DNA of 64,000 bases from Octopus vulgaris (taxonomy: Eukaryota): contig OX597823.1 of assembly GCA_951406725.2 (NCBI GenBank), forward strand, positions 85,932,001 through 85,996,000. The letters run 5' to 3'. Of the stretch, positions 1 to 15,507 are shown one piece after another. Below the pieces are notes generated by a model. The model saw only the letters and a program-made list of their open reading frames with translations. It made no database searches and had not been told where the DNA came from. The translations under genes were made by a program, and so were the position numbers. The first letter of the stretch is position 1. Each line of letters opens with the position of its first letter.

Positions 1-80
1 GCTAGACAGGCGTAGCCAATAAAGGCCAAATACTAAATTATATGCATGCATATAAGAATATGTGCCCGAATATTTTAGAC

Positions 81-241
81 ACAGGCACGGTGTATGTTTA
101 GAAGCTTGGTTCCCAACATATGTTCCGAGTTCAGTCCCACTGATTGGCACCTTGAGCAAGTATCTTCTAATGTAGCCTCGAATCAACCAAAGTCTTGTGA
201 GTGGATTTGGTAGATGGAAAGAAGTCCATCGTATATATATA

Positions 242-286
<45 letters not shown>

Positions 287-490
287 CTGTGTTCCCTCCT
301 GTCATCTCTTGACAACCGATGCTGGTGTGTCTATGTACATGTAATCTAGCTGTTTGACAAAAGTGTCCGATAAAATAAGTACTAGGTTTACAAAGAATTA
401 GTGCTGGGAATTTCTTCCACTAAATCACTTTGAGGTGATGCTCCAGTATGGCTGCAACCAAATGACTAAAACAAGCAAAGGAAAAAAGAA
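81..490 (+). mobile_element. tRNA-derived SINE, family A (internal microsatellite)
   Basis: B-box-like GAGTTCAGTCCC, CACCTTGAGCAAGT segment, internal (TA)/(TG)n, body GACAACCGATGCTGGTGTG, tail GGTGATGCTCCAGTATGGCTGCAACCAAATGACTAAAAC. Matches many other copies in the window. Confidence 0.85.
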
Positions 491-604
491 TAAATATATA
501 TCTATGAAACAAGGATCAAAGGTCCTCCCAAGCCATTGGCGCGTAAGGCCAGTTTCCTGGTTTCCATGGCGTATATATACATACACATGCATATATAGAA
601 TATA

Positions 605-756
605 TGCCGGTGGAACGTAAAAAGCACCCACTACACTCTCGTGGTTGGCGTTCGGAGAGTTATCCAGCTGTAGAAACATTGCGAGATCTGATTGGGGTCT
701 GGTGCAGATCGCCCAACCCATGCCAACATGGAAAACAGACGTTAAAAGATGATGAT
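605..756 (+). mobile_element. RTE-type LINE/SINE 3' tail fragment ending in (GAT)n
   Basis: TGCCGGTGGAACGTAAAAAGCACCC...GGTTGGCGTT...ATCCAGCTGTAGAAAC...CCAACCCATGCCAACATGGAAAACAGACGTTAAAAGATGATGAT resembles RTE-clade 3' ends; recognised from memory. Confidence 0.55.
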
Positions 757-787
<31 letters not shown>

Positions 788-955
788 AGCACACACACAC
801 ACACACAAACAAGCACACACACACACATATGAGATTATGAGATAGATAGAAAGACGGAGACACAGAAAGAGAAAGTGATAAAGAGATAGAGATATAGAAA
901 TGTAGATATGTAATATATATATATATAATAGAGAAAGAGAGAGAGAGAGTCAGAG

Positions 956-1024
<69 letters not shown>

Positions 1025-1093
1025 TAGATAGATAGATAGAGAGATAGATAGATAGATAGATAGATAGACATGTAAATAGACATATAGACAAAC

Positions 1094-1164
<71 letters not shown>

Positions 1165-1494
1165 CAGATGTATTGTGTGTGTGTGTGTGTGTGTGTTTGT
1201 TTGTGTGCGCGTGTGTGTTTCTATGTAGATTCAAACTTATAGCTAAATAAGTAAGGAATGATTTTTCTTTTGTATATTTTGCTGGCAATATAAGGCATGT
1301 AACCACACACAAAATCTCTGATATACATTTCAAGATTGGTTCTTGGAGATGTCAAAATAACCTTACGAAATAACAATGCTGTCACAGACGCATGTCCAGG
1401 TCTAATGCTAAACTCTCTTCGTAAAGTGGTGGCAGAGCTGTTTGCGAAAATTAGGACAATTTTGCGTTTCCAGTGAGTAAATTAGCTTTTCCAG

Positions 1495-2440
1495 TGTCAA
1501 CGGTCTTGCCAGAAATTCTGAGCCAGAAACTACAGCTTAGAAGACGAGCCTCGTCCTAGAAGATCTGTAGAGATCGACGAGGACGTCCTGCAAACTCTGG
1601 TGGAAGAAAATCTCGTCGTAACTTTTGAGGAACTAGCAGAGAAGCTGAGATTTGGTCATTCAACCATTCATCGATACCTGCGTGTCATCGGAAAAGACAG
1701 CAAATTGGGTCAATGGAAACCTCACAAACTTTCCGACTCTAATCTCACGCAGAGAGTCAATGTGTGCTCTTTGCTGTCATGTCTCACCTTTTTTTTTGGA
1801 TGGAATAACCAGTGGTGACGAGAAATGCGTTCCTTATAAAAAATATCAAGCGCCGAACAGAGTGGCTAGAGAAAGGAGAAACACCGGCTCCCCAGGCTAA
1901 AGATATTCACCCACATAAAGTGTCACCCACGTAAAGTGTTATCTGTTTGATGGTATATGAAAGACTTAGTCTGATCTTTCAAACCCAAACCAAATGACAA
2001 CAAAAGAGATCAGCTGCGAGCAGCTTGAGCGCTAGAGGGAAAACGACCGTCTTTGGTTTGAAGACAAAAGGTGTTCTTCCATCAGAATAATGCTCGGCTA
2101 CATACAGCGAGGATGACATTCCAAATGCTGGAGGACTTTGAATGGGAAACGATACCCCCCCACACACACACACACATACGCGCACCATATTGCTGGACAT
2201 CGCCCCATGTGATTATTATTTATTCCGCGGTCTTCAAAATCATTTGGACGGAAAAAAATTGAATTCTGTAGACAAGATCAGAACAGTACTGGAGGAGTAT
2301 TTTTCGTCATGGGCAAAGGAATTTTGGAAGAGGGGTGTTGCAACTCTACTAGATACATAGAAGAGCATTGTAGAAAATGAAGGTGGGTATATTTTAGATG
2401 AAAAAACCTTTATTCATCATAATTTTGAAAAATAAAAGAA
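1495..2440 (+). mobile_element. Decayed mariner (DD34D) transposon, transposase pseudogene
   Basis: Frameshifted fragments encode SLEDEPRPRRS...EELAEKL...HSTIHRYLRVIGK..KLGQWKPHKL (HTH and WVPHEL motif), ITSGDEKC (TGDEKW), FHQNNARLH (HDNARPH) and DIAPCDYYLFRGLQNHLDGKK...EFWKRGVATL (YSPDLAPSDYHLF). Stops and frameshifts are present; no TIRs were recognised. Confidence 0.9.
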
Positions 2441-2801
2441 GTATATTGCTTAAATAACTTGTTCTTTCACAGGTACTTAAGCCTTTCACGTAATCCTTTA
2501 CATATACCAATATAACAAACACTTTGTATAACATCGTTGGACCTTTAAATTGTATGTACGATCTATATGTTCAGCTCAGAAATATTATACTTCTACAGAA
2601 TTTCGATCTCAAGGGTGCTATAAATGACAACTAACGATGTTGTCACGAAATAGTTTTGTTCACGATTACTTGCGACCGGAAGGAGGTTTTTCTCTTGCGC
2701 TGATATCCACATATATACACACACACACACGCACATACACACTAATCCACGCTCATATTCATATATTTATAGACATATATAGACGTATATTCATTCATTC
2801 A

Positions 2802-2850
<49 letters not shown>

Positions 2851-3131
2851 GTTAAATAATGAGGGTAGAAATTAATATTTATTAATTAATATCAAGTTAA
2901 ATCAGTGGCCTACAATAATTACAAAATCCGACGATTAAGAAATTATATTACATAGTAAAGTCCAAGGTCAATCTGGGTTTGCATGTCTATCTATCTATAT
3001 ATATATATATATTTATTTATATATATATATATACATATATATATATAAATAGATAGATAGATGTACATATATAAGCATACATATGTATATATATATATCT
3101 ATCTATATATATATATATCTATATATATACA

Positions 3132-3203
<72 letters not shown>

Positions 3204-3530
3204 TACGTATATGTACATATACATATATGTATATATCAAAATATAAATGACTCACCAGTCTTTCTACTTTTCATCACACACACACGTGTGGAACAGAACA
3301 GCCATACCAGACACTAAACAGTTCTCTACATCCTTCTCCCCAAACAACGTCAATCCTCGGGAATCGCTCCCCACCAATCTCTTTCAATGTCAATCGTAGT
3401 TGTCGCCGACATGCAACAGCTTATGTAGAATGCTTGCGGAATCAATGACTCAATGACTTTCGTCTCGGTGGGCTTTGTAAAGTGGCAAAGTCCATGCTCA
3501 CCGTTCATCCCTGCTGCTGACATTTTATGC

Positions 3531-4180
<650 letters not shown>

Positions 4181-5167
4181 ATTTAAATCTAAAGAAGTAT
4201 TTATTGATCTATATGTGTGTGTGTATGTGTGTGTGTGTGCGTGAATGTGTATGTATGCATGTATGCATGAATGTATGCATGAATGTATACACATACACAC
4301 ACACATGCAAGTATAAACAGGAAAAAATTGAATATGTATGTGTGTGTCTGTGTGTGTGTATGTGTGTGTGTGTCTGTGTGTTTGTGTGTGTATATTTTCT
4401 ATATATCTATATATATATATAGTTTCAACATTTTTCTGTTTCTGCCAGCATGTGTGTGTGTTTGTGTGCATACATACATGCATACAAGCATACATACACA
4501 CACACTCACGCCCACATACTCATGCACGCACACAAACTCACAAACACACACACATATGTATATACATACCATAAATATCTATACAACATATATAAATACA
4601 TACTTTTATACGTTCATTTTTATATATGTACTTTTATACATTTGCACCTTCGTATATAGATATATCTATACCCTGATATCTACACCCAAACACACACACA
4701 CACACAAATACAAACACACATACAAGCACACACGAGTACGCACAAATACACATCACACACATACACATGCGCACATACATGATTTCATTTTCAAGTGCAT
4801 GTACATAAGAGAGTTTTTGAAAAGCAGCAAATATGACAGAACGATAAGCATATTGAAGATTTAACGAATATCTAAAGTGAAAAGTTAATAACATTTTTTT
4901 CTCACCTCCTAAACAGTTATTTTACAAGTTACGTACACTTAATATACAGTTATATACATTACATTTCATAAGTGTGTACATATATAATGTTATAGTATAG
5001 TGTATTATATTATAATTGAGAAAAAGAACAACGAAAACCGAGGAAGGGCGAGTATCTCAAGTCATTTAGAATAATTTAATTAGGGTAAGGTGAATTTGAA
5101 TTCGTTCAGCTTTTTTCTCGGATATTTCAGCCATATACATACATATACATATATATATGTGTATGTC

Positions 5168-5237
<70 letters not shown>

Positions 5238-5239
<2 letters not shown>

Positions 5240-5486
5240 CTTTTACTTGTTTCATTCATTTGACTGCGGCCATGCTGGAGCACCTTCCTTAGTCGAGCAA
5301 ATCGATCCCAACTCTTAGTTTTTGTAAGCCTAGTACTTATTCTATCAGTCTCTTTTACCGAACCGCTAAGTTACGAGGACGTAAACACACCAGCATCTGT
5401 TGTCAAGCGATGTTAGGGGACAAACACACACATACAAATACACATACACACACATATATATATGCATATACATACATACATATATG

Positions 5487-5544
<58 letters not shown>

Positions 5545-5816
5545 TGTATGTATGTATATGCATGCTTATATTCTTTTATGCGTATATTCTTTTCATGTTT
5601 CAGTTATATGACTGCGGCTATGCTGGAGCACCACCTTTGATGGAACGAATCAACCTCAGGATTTATTCTTTGCAAACCTAGTTCTTATTCTATCGGTTCT
5701 TTTTTGACAAAGCGCTATGTTACGGGGACGTAAACACACCAACATAGGTTCTCAAGAGAAAGAGGCGTGATAAAAAAACACTAACACACACATACGCGCA
5801 TACATACAAACTCATT

Positions 5817-5878
<62 letters not shown>

Positions 5879-5960
5879 TTATACATTTATACATACGACG
5901 GGCTTCTTTCAGTTTCCGTCTGCCCAATCCACTCGCAATGCTTTGATCCCCCCGAGGCTA
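5238..5960 (-). mobile_element. SINE family A, two tandem 3' halves plus a truncated 5' part
   Basis: Tail TTTACTTGTTTCATTCATTTGACTGCGGCCATGCTGGAGCACC at 5240 and again near 5590; ACGACGGGCTTCTTTCAGTTTCCGTC at about 5895. Confidence 0.85.
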
Positions 5961-6041
<81 letters not shown>

Positions 6042-6742
6042 TGCGTTTGTGTGTGTGTGTGTAAGTATTTTAAGTGTCTATATATTTATACGTCTACATA
6101 TATATTTATATGTGTATATATATATATGTATATATATATACATATATATCTATATAGATACACACACACATATATATATATGTATGTATGTGTGTATATA
6201 TATACATAACTCGATATTTATATTTATATATATATGCACATATATACATATGTATATATATATATATATATACACACACATGCAAACACACATGCAAACA
6301 CACACACACACATGCAAATGCACACACACACACTCACATAATATCATCGGTGAACTTTAGCGTTTAAATAAAACATGCATCATACATGTGCAAGTAAATG
6401 TATGATGGAGACACGTGTGGCAAAACAGAGGCGAGGGAGGCTGAAAGGAAGATATCCAAGGGGAGAGTGAAGTGGCGAGCGAGTGAGAGAGAGGGAGAGA
6501 GAAGATAACATGCAAGAACAATCATACGCAGGAGTGTGTGTGCACGCGAGCGCGTGTGTGTGTGTGTGTGTATGTGTGTGTAGATGTAAACTCATGAATA
6601 CCATAGGGGAAATGAGACGTGAGAGAGTAGCAATGTATTTAAATGATGAATTTAAATAAACATGCATTGGAATGCAACGATATGCAATGGCAAATATATG
6701 GCCATTCAGAGAGTGCTCTCTTGCATTTTCGAGTCTGGAGAC

Positions 6743-6899
<157 letters not shown>

Positions 6900-7070
6900 A
6901 TATATATGATATATGATATATGTATATATACGTATATATATACTATATATATGTATATATATATATATGTATATATATATGTATATATATATGTATATAT
7001 ATATATATATATATATGTGGTATATATATATATATATATGTATTTATATATGTATATATATATATGTATA

Positions 7071-7174
<104 letters not shown>

Positions 7175-7183
7175 ATATATATG

Positions 7184-7260
<77 letters not shown>

Positions 7261-7261
<1 letters not shown>

Positions 7262-7450
7262 TCTGAGTCATTTGAATGCGGCCATGGTGGGGTACCACCT
7301 TTCAATCGAACATATCGACTCCAGGATTTAAACTTTGTAAGACTAATACTTATTCTATTGACTCCCTTTGCCGTGCTGCAAATTTACGTGGTAGTAAACA
7401 CACCAACATCGGTTGTCAAGCGATGATAGGGAAATAAAAAAAATCACACA

Positions 7451-7481
<31 letters not shown>

Positions 7482-7650
7482 GTATATTCGACGGGCTTCT
7501 TTCAGTTTCCGTCAACCAGATCCATTCACAAAGCTTTGGTTGGTCCGACCGTATAGTTGAAGACACTTGCCCATGTCGGGCAGCAGTGAGACTGAACCCG
7601 GAACGATTTGTTTGGGAAGACAGTTTCTTACCCCATTGCCTTTCCTGCTG
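7261..7650 (-). mobile_element. SINE family A
   Basis: Tail, body, internal (CA)n and head (GAGACTGAACCCGGAAC) are all recognisable in reverse orientation. Confidence 0.85.
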
Positions 7651-8214
7651 TCAATATATTTGTGTGTGTGTGTGTGTGTGAGTGTGTGTATTAAGATTCA
7701 GGGAAGCAACAAAGTGACTCAAGAGTCACGAGTCACACGGAAATCTTGGACCTTGAGTCGCTCTGTTGCTTATGCTAAATATTAATAAAAATATACATAC
7801 ATTCATGCCCTGAGTTCCATTCCTTCTGTTTGCACCAACGATATATATATATACACTTATATATACATATATATATATATAACTTCTGAAGGATTTACCT
7901 CAGTCATATATATATATATATATTATATATATATAAATATACATATATCGCATTTGACAAAATGAGTAGAGATGGCTTTTACTTGTCTAGCTAACTAGGT
8001 ATCTCTATCGCAATTAATATATCTATCTTCCGGCCTATCTATATATCTACCTGTCTGTCTGTGACACCGTCTATCTCGATGACTCTCACCTTCGCCCTAC
8101 CTTTTCTTCGTTATATGCAAGTGAATATAACCACACAAACATACATACACGCACACAAACATATATATGTATGTGCATCTTTGTGTGAGTGTGTATATAT
8201 ATATATATAGAGAG

Positions 8215-8305
<91 letters not shown>

Positions 8306-8988
8306 GTCCCATTGAAGACACATTTTATGCTCAGAAGTCATTTGTTATACACATATGCACATACACACACTTATATGTGTGTATGTGAGTATTTGTATAT
8401 ATATATATATATGTACACACACACATAATGTATATATGTGTGGATGTGTTTAACAATGTGTGTATATATATATATAAGTGTTTGTGTATCTTTATGTATA
8501 TATATATAATCATAAATACATATATACTTATATGCACTTCTATATGTAGAGGCACACACACACACACACGAACACACACACACACGAACACACACACACT
8601 TGCAATGTCAAACATGCATGCATTATCATCAACTACTCCAGTACAATGAAAGATCTAACTCACATTGACCCTTCTAACCGGAAAGCTCACACAGAAAAAA
8701 AAAACTGGTTTTCCATATTATTTAGACATTATTAAAGTTTGTTTAGTGAAGTGGTTAATGGCATTTTGACCTGACGCGACCCTCATGATATATAAATGAT
8801 AACATTCCTGTCTTATGTCACTGGATTTGAACTGGAAAACTTGTCTAGGAGTAATGGAATATGTGACTATACATGAACACGTGCTTGATTGTGTATACAT
8901 ATATACATACACGTGGTGACTGTTATGTGTAATTATATATGTATTTATGAATGCAAATATATCTACAAACATACACGCACACACACAC

Positions 8989-9040
<52 letters not shown>

Positions 9041-9042
<2 letters not shown>

Positions 9043-9247
9043 CTCTTTTACTTGTTTCAGTCATTTGACTGCGGCCGTGTTGGAGCACCGCTTTTAGTCG
9101 AGCAAATCGACCCCAACTATTATTCTTTGTAAGCCTAGTACTTATTCTATCGGTCTCTTTTACCGAACCGCTAAGTCACAGAGATGCAAACACACCAGCA
9201 TCGGTTGTCAAGCGATGTTGGGAGTATAAACACAGACACACAAACAC

Positions 9248-9301
<54 letters not shown>

Positions 9302-9429
9302 GACGATCCTCTTTCAGTTTCCGTCTACCAAATCCACTCACAGGCTATAGTAGAAGACACTTGCCCAAGGTGCCACGCAGTGAGACTGAACCTGGAACCA
9401 TGTGGTTGGGAAGCAAGCTTCTTAGCACA
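9041..9429 (-). mobile_element. SINE family A
   Basis: Near-complete copy with internal (TA)n. Confidence 0.9.
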
Positions 9430-9443
9430 AAGATATATATATA

Positions 9444-9539
<96 letters not shown>

Positions 9540-9699
9540 TGTGAAAGAGTGAGGGTGAAGCGTATATACGTGCATTGATGTGTGTAAATATATATAAATG
9601 TGCATATCTACAGACACACAGATGCACGGAGATATACGCATACACGCACACACGAGCGCGTCCATGCACACACACATACACACACACTACACATACAAA

Positions 9700-10025
9700 A
9701 TAACCGGTGCTCCTTCGGTTACGACGCCGAATGATCCAGCTTCTCCGATCAGCTGCGCAGCCTGCATATGATGTTAATGTACAAGTCGCTGAGCACTTCA
9801 CAGACACGTGTGCCCTTCACGAAGAACTCAGTGGGGCTCAGCGTGACAGAGAGTGTGATAAGGCTGGTGTTTTGAAATAGGGCTATTAGACATTTCTAGA
9901 AATTAGTGGGCGCCAGTAATCCGACGGAGAGCGTCTTACTCAAGTGCACAACACGCACCTGTGTATCGTAATCACGACCTTGCGATTCTGACCCTAATAC
10001 CGTAACCACTACGCCACGTGCCCTT
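9700..10025 (-). mobile_element. tRNA-derived SINE, family C
   Basis: Reverse complement begins AAGGGCACGTGGCGTAGTGGTTACGG (A box), followed by TTGTGCACTTGAGTAAGAC. The body (GTCACGCTGA, GTGCTCAGC) is homologous to the + copy at 59044-59262. Confidence 0.7.
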
Positions 10026-10141
10026 ACATATATAAACCCATTTATACACACATATACACACAAACATGTATACACACTTACATATATGTATATGCATGTG
10101 CGCGTGTGTGAGTATATTTACATACACAAGTATATATATTA

Positions 10142-10303
<162 letters not shown>

Positions 10304-10436
10304 GTCACAGATATATATATATATATATGTGTGTGTGTGTAAGTAGGATGAATATATATTTCTATCGATTTATATCTATATTTATATAGATATCTGTTTA
10401 AGCATTATATGAATATATACACGTATGCACACACAA

Positions 10437-10467
<31 letters not shown>

Positions 10468-11103
10468 TATATATATATATATATATATACATATACTTAA
10501 ATATTTATACATGCATGCATGGTTTTATATTTATATTTGTCTATATTTATAAACTTACACATATACATACACAAACAAACATTAAAAAAAGTACGTGTCG
10601 GTGTGGGTGTATGTATGTAAGTATGTATGTATGTATGTATGTATGTATGTCAGCTTATTAAGTATCATGCCGCAGCATCCATGAGCCATTTCGCCAGTCA
10701 GAAATCATTATGAATATTTCTTGCATAATTGGCAAGCGAAAGAAGAGTAAGCCTTACACTTGCTGTGGCCACATTCCTTCCAGTGAGAAATGACACTCAC
10801 GCTGTAATCAAAGCACTGCCGGGTGAAAAGCGACATTTGCTAAAATTCCATTCTGTTTTTTTTTTTTGGTTGTTTTTTTTTATTCTGCATTAATTTTTTT
10901 TTTTATGTCTTTAATGTCTGAAGCGGATGAGTGTGCACGTGGAAAGTTTCAATACTTTTAATAGATATACATGGATGTGTGTGTGTTTTATTAATTTGTT
11001 ATTATATGACGGAACGCATGCATTTCTAAGTAAGTTTTATCTTAATATATATATATATATGCCTACATATATACACACACAAATATGTATGTATATTCAT
11101 AAC

Positions 11104-11156
<53 letters not shown>

Positions 11157-11171
11157 GCACACTCAGATATA

Positions 11172-11220
<49 letters not shown>

Positions 11221-11241
11221 ATATGTATATGTATATATATT

Positions 11242-11272
<31 letters not shown>

Positions 11273-11389
11273 ACGTATGTATATACGCGCGCGCGATAGC
11301 AAGTGTGTGTGTATGAGTGTTTGTGTTTTCATATATGCATGTAGTTATGTATGGATGCGTATACCTCCATATACACACATATGTGTAAT

Positions 11390-11649
<260 letters not shown>

Positions 11650-11841
11650 ATATATACATGAGAGCCTTTTATAGGTTTACTTCAAATTACATCAATCACA
11701 AACAATTTGCCGAACAAGAGTTCATGGAGAAAGCAGAAGATGTGAAACCACGTGGCTGCATATCGGACATATTCACTACACTACTGTTCCTACATCTACA
11801 CCCGCACACACTCACAAACAGGAGCACACACACAAGCAAAC

Positions 11842-11889
<48 letters not shown>

Positions 11890-12139
11890 AGCCTCATAAG
11901 TCCGGGTGATGTCACGTGTAGCGTCAAAACCGGGTCGGGACGGCGGTCCACCGTAAGATCGCACGTTTTCGAACAGTTCAGTGAACCGTATCAACGTGAA
12001 ATGATATCCATCGTTCGGTGTTGGAAAGCATTATCCGATATGGGAACTGAATCCTCATATGATGGTAACTGCAACAACCGAAATTCTAGGCAACGAACCT
12101 GTTCATATATATATATATATATACTTATACATATAAGTA

Positions 12140-12297
12140 TTAAACTTTGGCAGGAGGCTAGCTCTTTCAATGGTGAGGTTAAGTTGATTACGTCGATGCC
12201 GGAAGATTGAAAAGCAAGGTCAATTTGAGCTCAGAACGTAAGGCGGGTGGAAGAGCGCCCAAACATTTTCCCAACAGAGCTAACGATTCTGCCAGTT
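12140..12297 (-). mobile_element. SINE family B, degenerate
   Basis: TTGAAAAGCAAGGTCAATTTGAGCTCAGAACGTAA...CTAACGATTCTGCCAG is homologous to 60735-60955. Confidence 0.6.
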
Positions 12298-12313
12298 TAA
12301 ATGCGTATGCATG

Positions 12314-12360
<47 letters not shown>

Positions 12361-12364
<4 letters not shown>

Positions 12365-12487
12365 CAGCCGAAATTACTACGATGATCCGGTTCTTGACTG
12401 AAGACTGAGGGCTTCGAATGTCCTGTCTGTGTTTGTTGTATCGTCTTCTAAGTTCTTATGCGTTCTTGTCTCAGTTTGTAATTTTCT
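12361..12487. repeat. Short interspersed repeat fragment inserted in (TA)n
   Basis: High-complexity island between TA runs; its end GCGTTCTTGTCTCAGTTTGTAATTTT resembles the 23.75-kb palindrome arm. Confidence 0.45.
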
Positions 12488-12602
12488 ACATATCATAATA
12501 TATATATATATATAAATATATATATATACATAAATACATATATATATATAAACGCAGAAAAATGTATATATATATGCATTCATATGTATATATATATATG
12601 CA

Positions 12603-12637
<35 letters not shown>

Positions 12638-12643
12638 ACATAT

Positions 12644-12705
<62 letters not shown>

Positions 12706-12777
12706 ATATGTCTATACATATGTTTATACACCTGTCTTCGTTTTCTGAATTTCAGTAAATTGCAAGTACATATATGT

Positions 12778-12818
<41 letters not shown>

Positions 12819-12905
12819 TATATATACATACATACTAATAAACCTATATAGAAACATATGTACAAACATAAGTATACATGGATAAATATGTACATATATA
12901 TATAT

Positions 12906-13037
12906 AGGCGTAGGAGGGGCTGTGTGGTAAGTAGCTTGCTAACCAACCACATGGTTCCGGGTTCTGTCCCACTGCGTGGCATCTTGGGCAAGTGTCTTCT
13001 GCTATAGCCCTGAGACGAACAATGCCTTGTGAGTGGA

Positions 13038-13082
<45 letters not shown>

Positions 13083-13241
13083 TGTGTTTGTCACCCTAGC
13101 ATTGCTTGACAACCAATGCTGGTGTGTTTACGTCCACGTCACTTAGCGGTTCGGCAAAAAGAGACCGATAGAATAAGTACTGGGCTTACAAACAATAAGT
13201 CCGTGGTCGATTTGCTCCAAATGACTGAAACAAGTAAAGAG
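12906..13241 (+). mobile_element. SINE family A
   Basis: Head AGGCGTAGGAGGGGCTGTGTGGTAAGTAGCTTG...GGTTCTGTCCCACTGCGTGGCATCTTGGGCAAGT, internal (TG)n, tail AAATGACTGAAACAAGTAAAGAG. Confidence 0.9.
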
Positions 13242-13309
13242 TATATACATATATATAAACATAAATATATATGCATGAATATATAAACATCTATATATAT
13301 ATACATATA

Positions 13310-13364
<55 letters not shown>

Positions 13365-13537
13365 ATACACATATATATATATATATACATATATATTTAC
13401 GTATATATACATATATCTATGCATATACATATATATAAATATAGATAAATATACATACATACGCGTATAGATATAGATACACACCTATATATATATATAT
13501 ACATATATATTTATATAAGCACATATGCATATATATG

Positions 13538-13575
<38 letters not shown>

Positions 13576-13654
13576 AGTGTATATTTATATATATGTGTGT
13601 GTGTGTATGTATATATATATATATATATGTGTGTGTGCGTGTGTATTTATATGC

Positions 13655-13950
13655 ATAGCTGTGTAGTAAGTGGCTTGTTTCACCACATGATCCCAGGTTT
13701 AGTCCTACAACATGGCGCCTTTTGTGTGGATTGGGCAGAGGGGAAACTGAAGGAAGCCCGTCTTACTTATATGAATATATGTATGTGTATGTCTTTGTGC
13801 GTACCACCCACTATCGTGTAACAATCGATGTTTTTACATTTGCGTCCCCGTACATTATTTAGTAAGAATAAGCACAATTCCCAACTTCTTCGACTAAGGG
13901 CCGGTGCTCCAGCATGGTTGTTGTCAAATAACTGAAGCAAGTAAAAGAAT
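13655..13950 (+). mobile_element. SINE family A, degenerate
   Basis: Diverged head, GGAAACTGAAGGAAGCCCGTC, tail GGTGCTCCAGCATGG. Confidence 0.7.
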
Positions 13951-14269
13951 AATATATGTATCCATATATATAAACATATATATATATATGAATATGTATG
14001 TATATATGTATATGTATATATGTATATGCATATATATACATATGTACATATATATATATATATATATACATCTACATATATGTACATATATATACATATC
14101 TATATATACATATATATACACAAATATATGTATATATATGTGTATATACATATATATATGTATATCCATGTAGACATATACCTATATATATATATATATG
14201 TATATATCTATATCTATACATATATATTTACATATACATTTACGTGTACATATATGTATATATATGTAT

Positions 14270-14321
<52 letters not shown>

Positions 14322-14615
14322 TTGTGTTTGTGTGTGAGTGTGTGTGTGTGTGTATAGATATATAAATACATGTATATATGATTATATATATATAATATAT
14401 ATGAATGTATGTATATATACATACATATATGTGTACATATATATATACATATATGAAAGTATATAACCATGTATATATATATGTATATATATATATTTAC
14501 AACATATCAAATACAGTATTATATATAATACAATGTATTAATGAATATAAACTTCCATGTGCATATTATATATATATATACAAACATATATATATATATG
14601 TATACATATGTGTGC

Positions 14616-14657
<42 letters not shown>

Positions 14658-15449
14658 ATATATCTATGTTTATATATATGTTTATATATGTTTATAGACA
14701 TGTTTATATATATATATATATGTCTATATATATATATATATAATCATTATCATTTTATTTTCATCTGCTTGATTCCGCTCTATGTGAATATATATGATCA
14801 ATAACACCCACACACACACATATGTATATATATACATGTATGTGTTTAGATGTGTGTCTGTGTGGAGAAAGAAACTATTCCCTAAAAAGACTTGAGCATT
14901 TATTCCTGGATATTTTGTCCATGTCTGTGTGTAAGGGACATGTTAGCCGTTTTGATGTGGCTGCTCGCTTCTTTTATACGAAACGTTATCTCTGAGCCAT
15001 GTCATACGCTGGGTTTACAGCTTGCGTTTGAAACGAACAAATGGTGAGGTCAATGAGATGACTGATCCGCTTAAAGGTATACTCACAGTGTAACAATAAG
15101 ACCAATAACAAGCATCTATACTCTCACACATAATATTAGAGATATATATATATACATTCATATATATATATATATTTATGCATATATATGATTATAAGTA
15201 CATATATATAAATATATTGATATATACACATGTATATATATATATACATTCATATATATAAATATATATATATGTATATTCCTTATCTCAATTGGACCAT
15301 GCTACCTCATAACTTGAATTTCAAAAGATTTACATGATCCTATCAGGTGGTGCTACTAAGATAGACATGGACCTGGACAAACCTTTGGTCGAAACATATC
15401 TAAGTTTATCGACGTTTATACACACATACATACACATATACATACATAA

Positions 15450-15507
<58 letters not shown>

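Noticed and set aside
12053-12090. Possible hammerhead CCU-CAUAUGA-U-GGU...ACC-GAAA-UUCU-AGG
   Set aside because: The core has two mismatches and the helices are only 3 bp; not distinguishable from chance without other copies.
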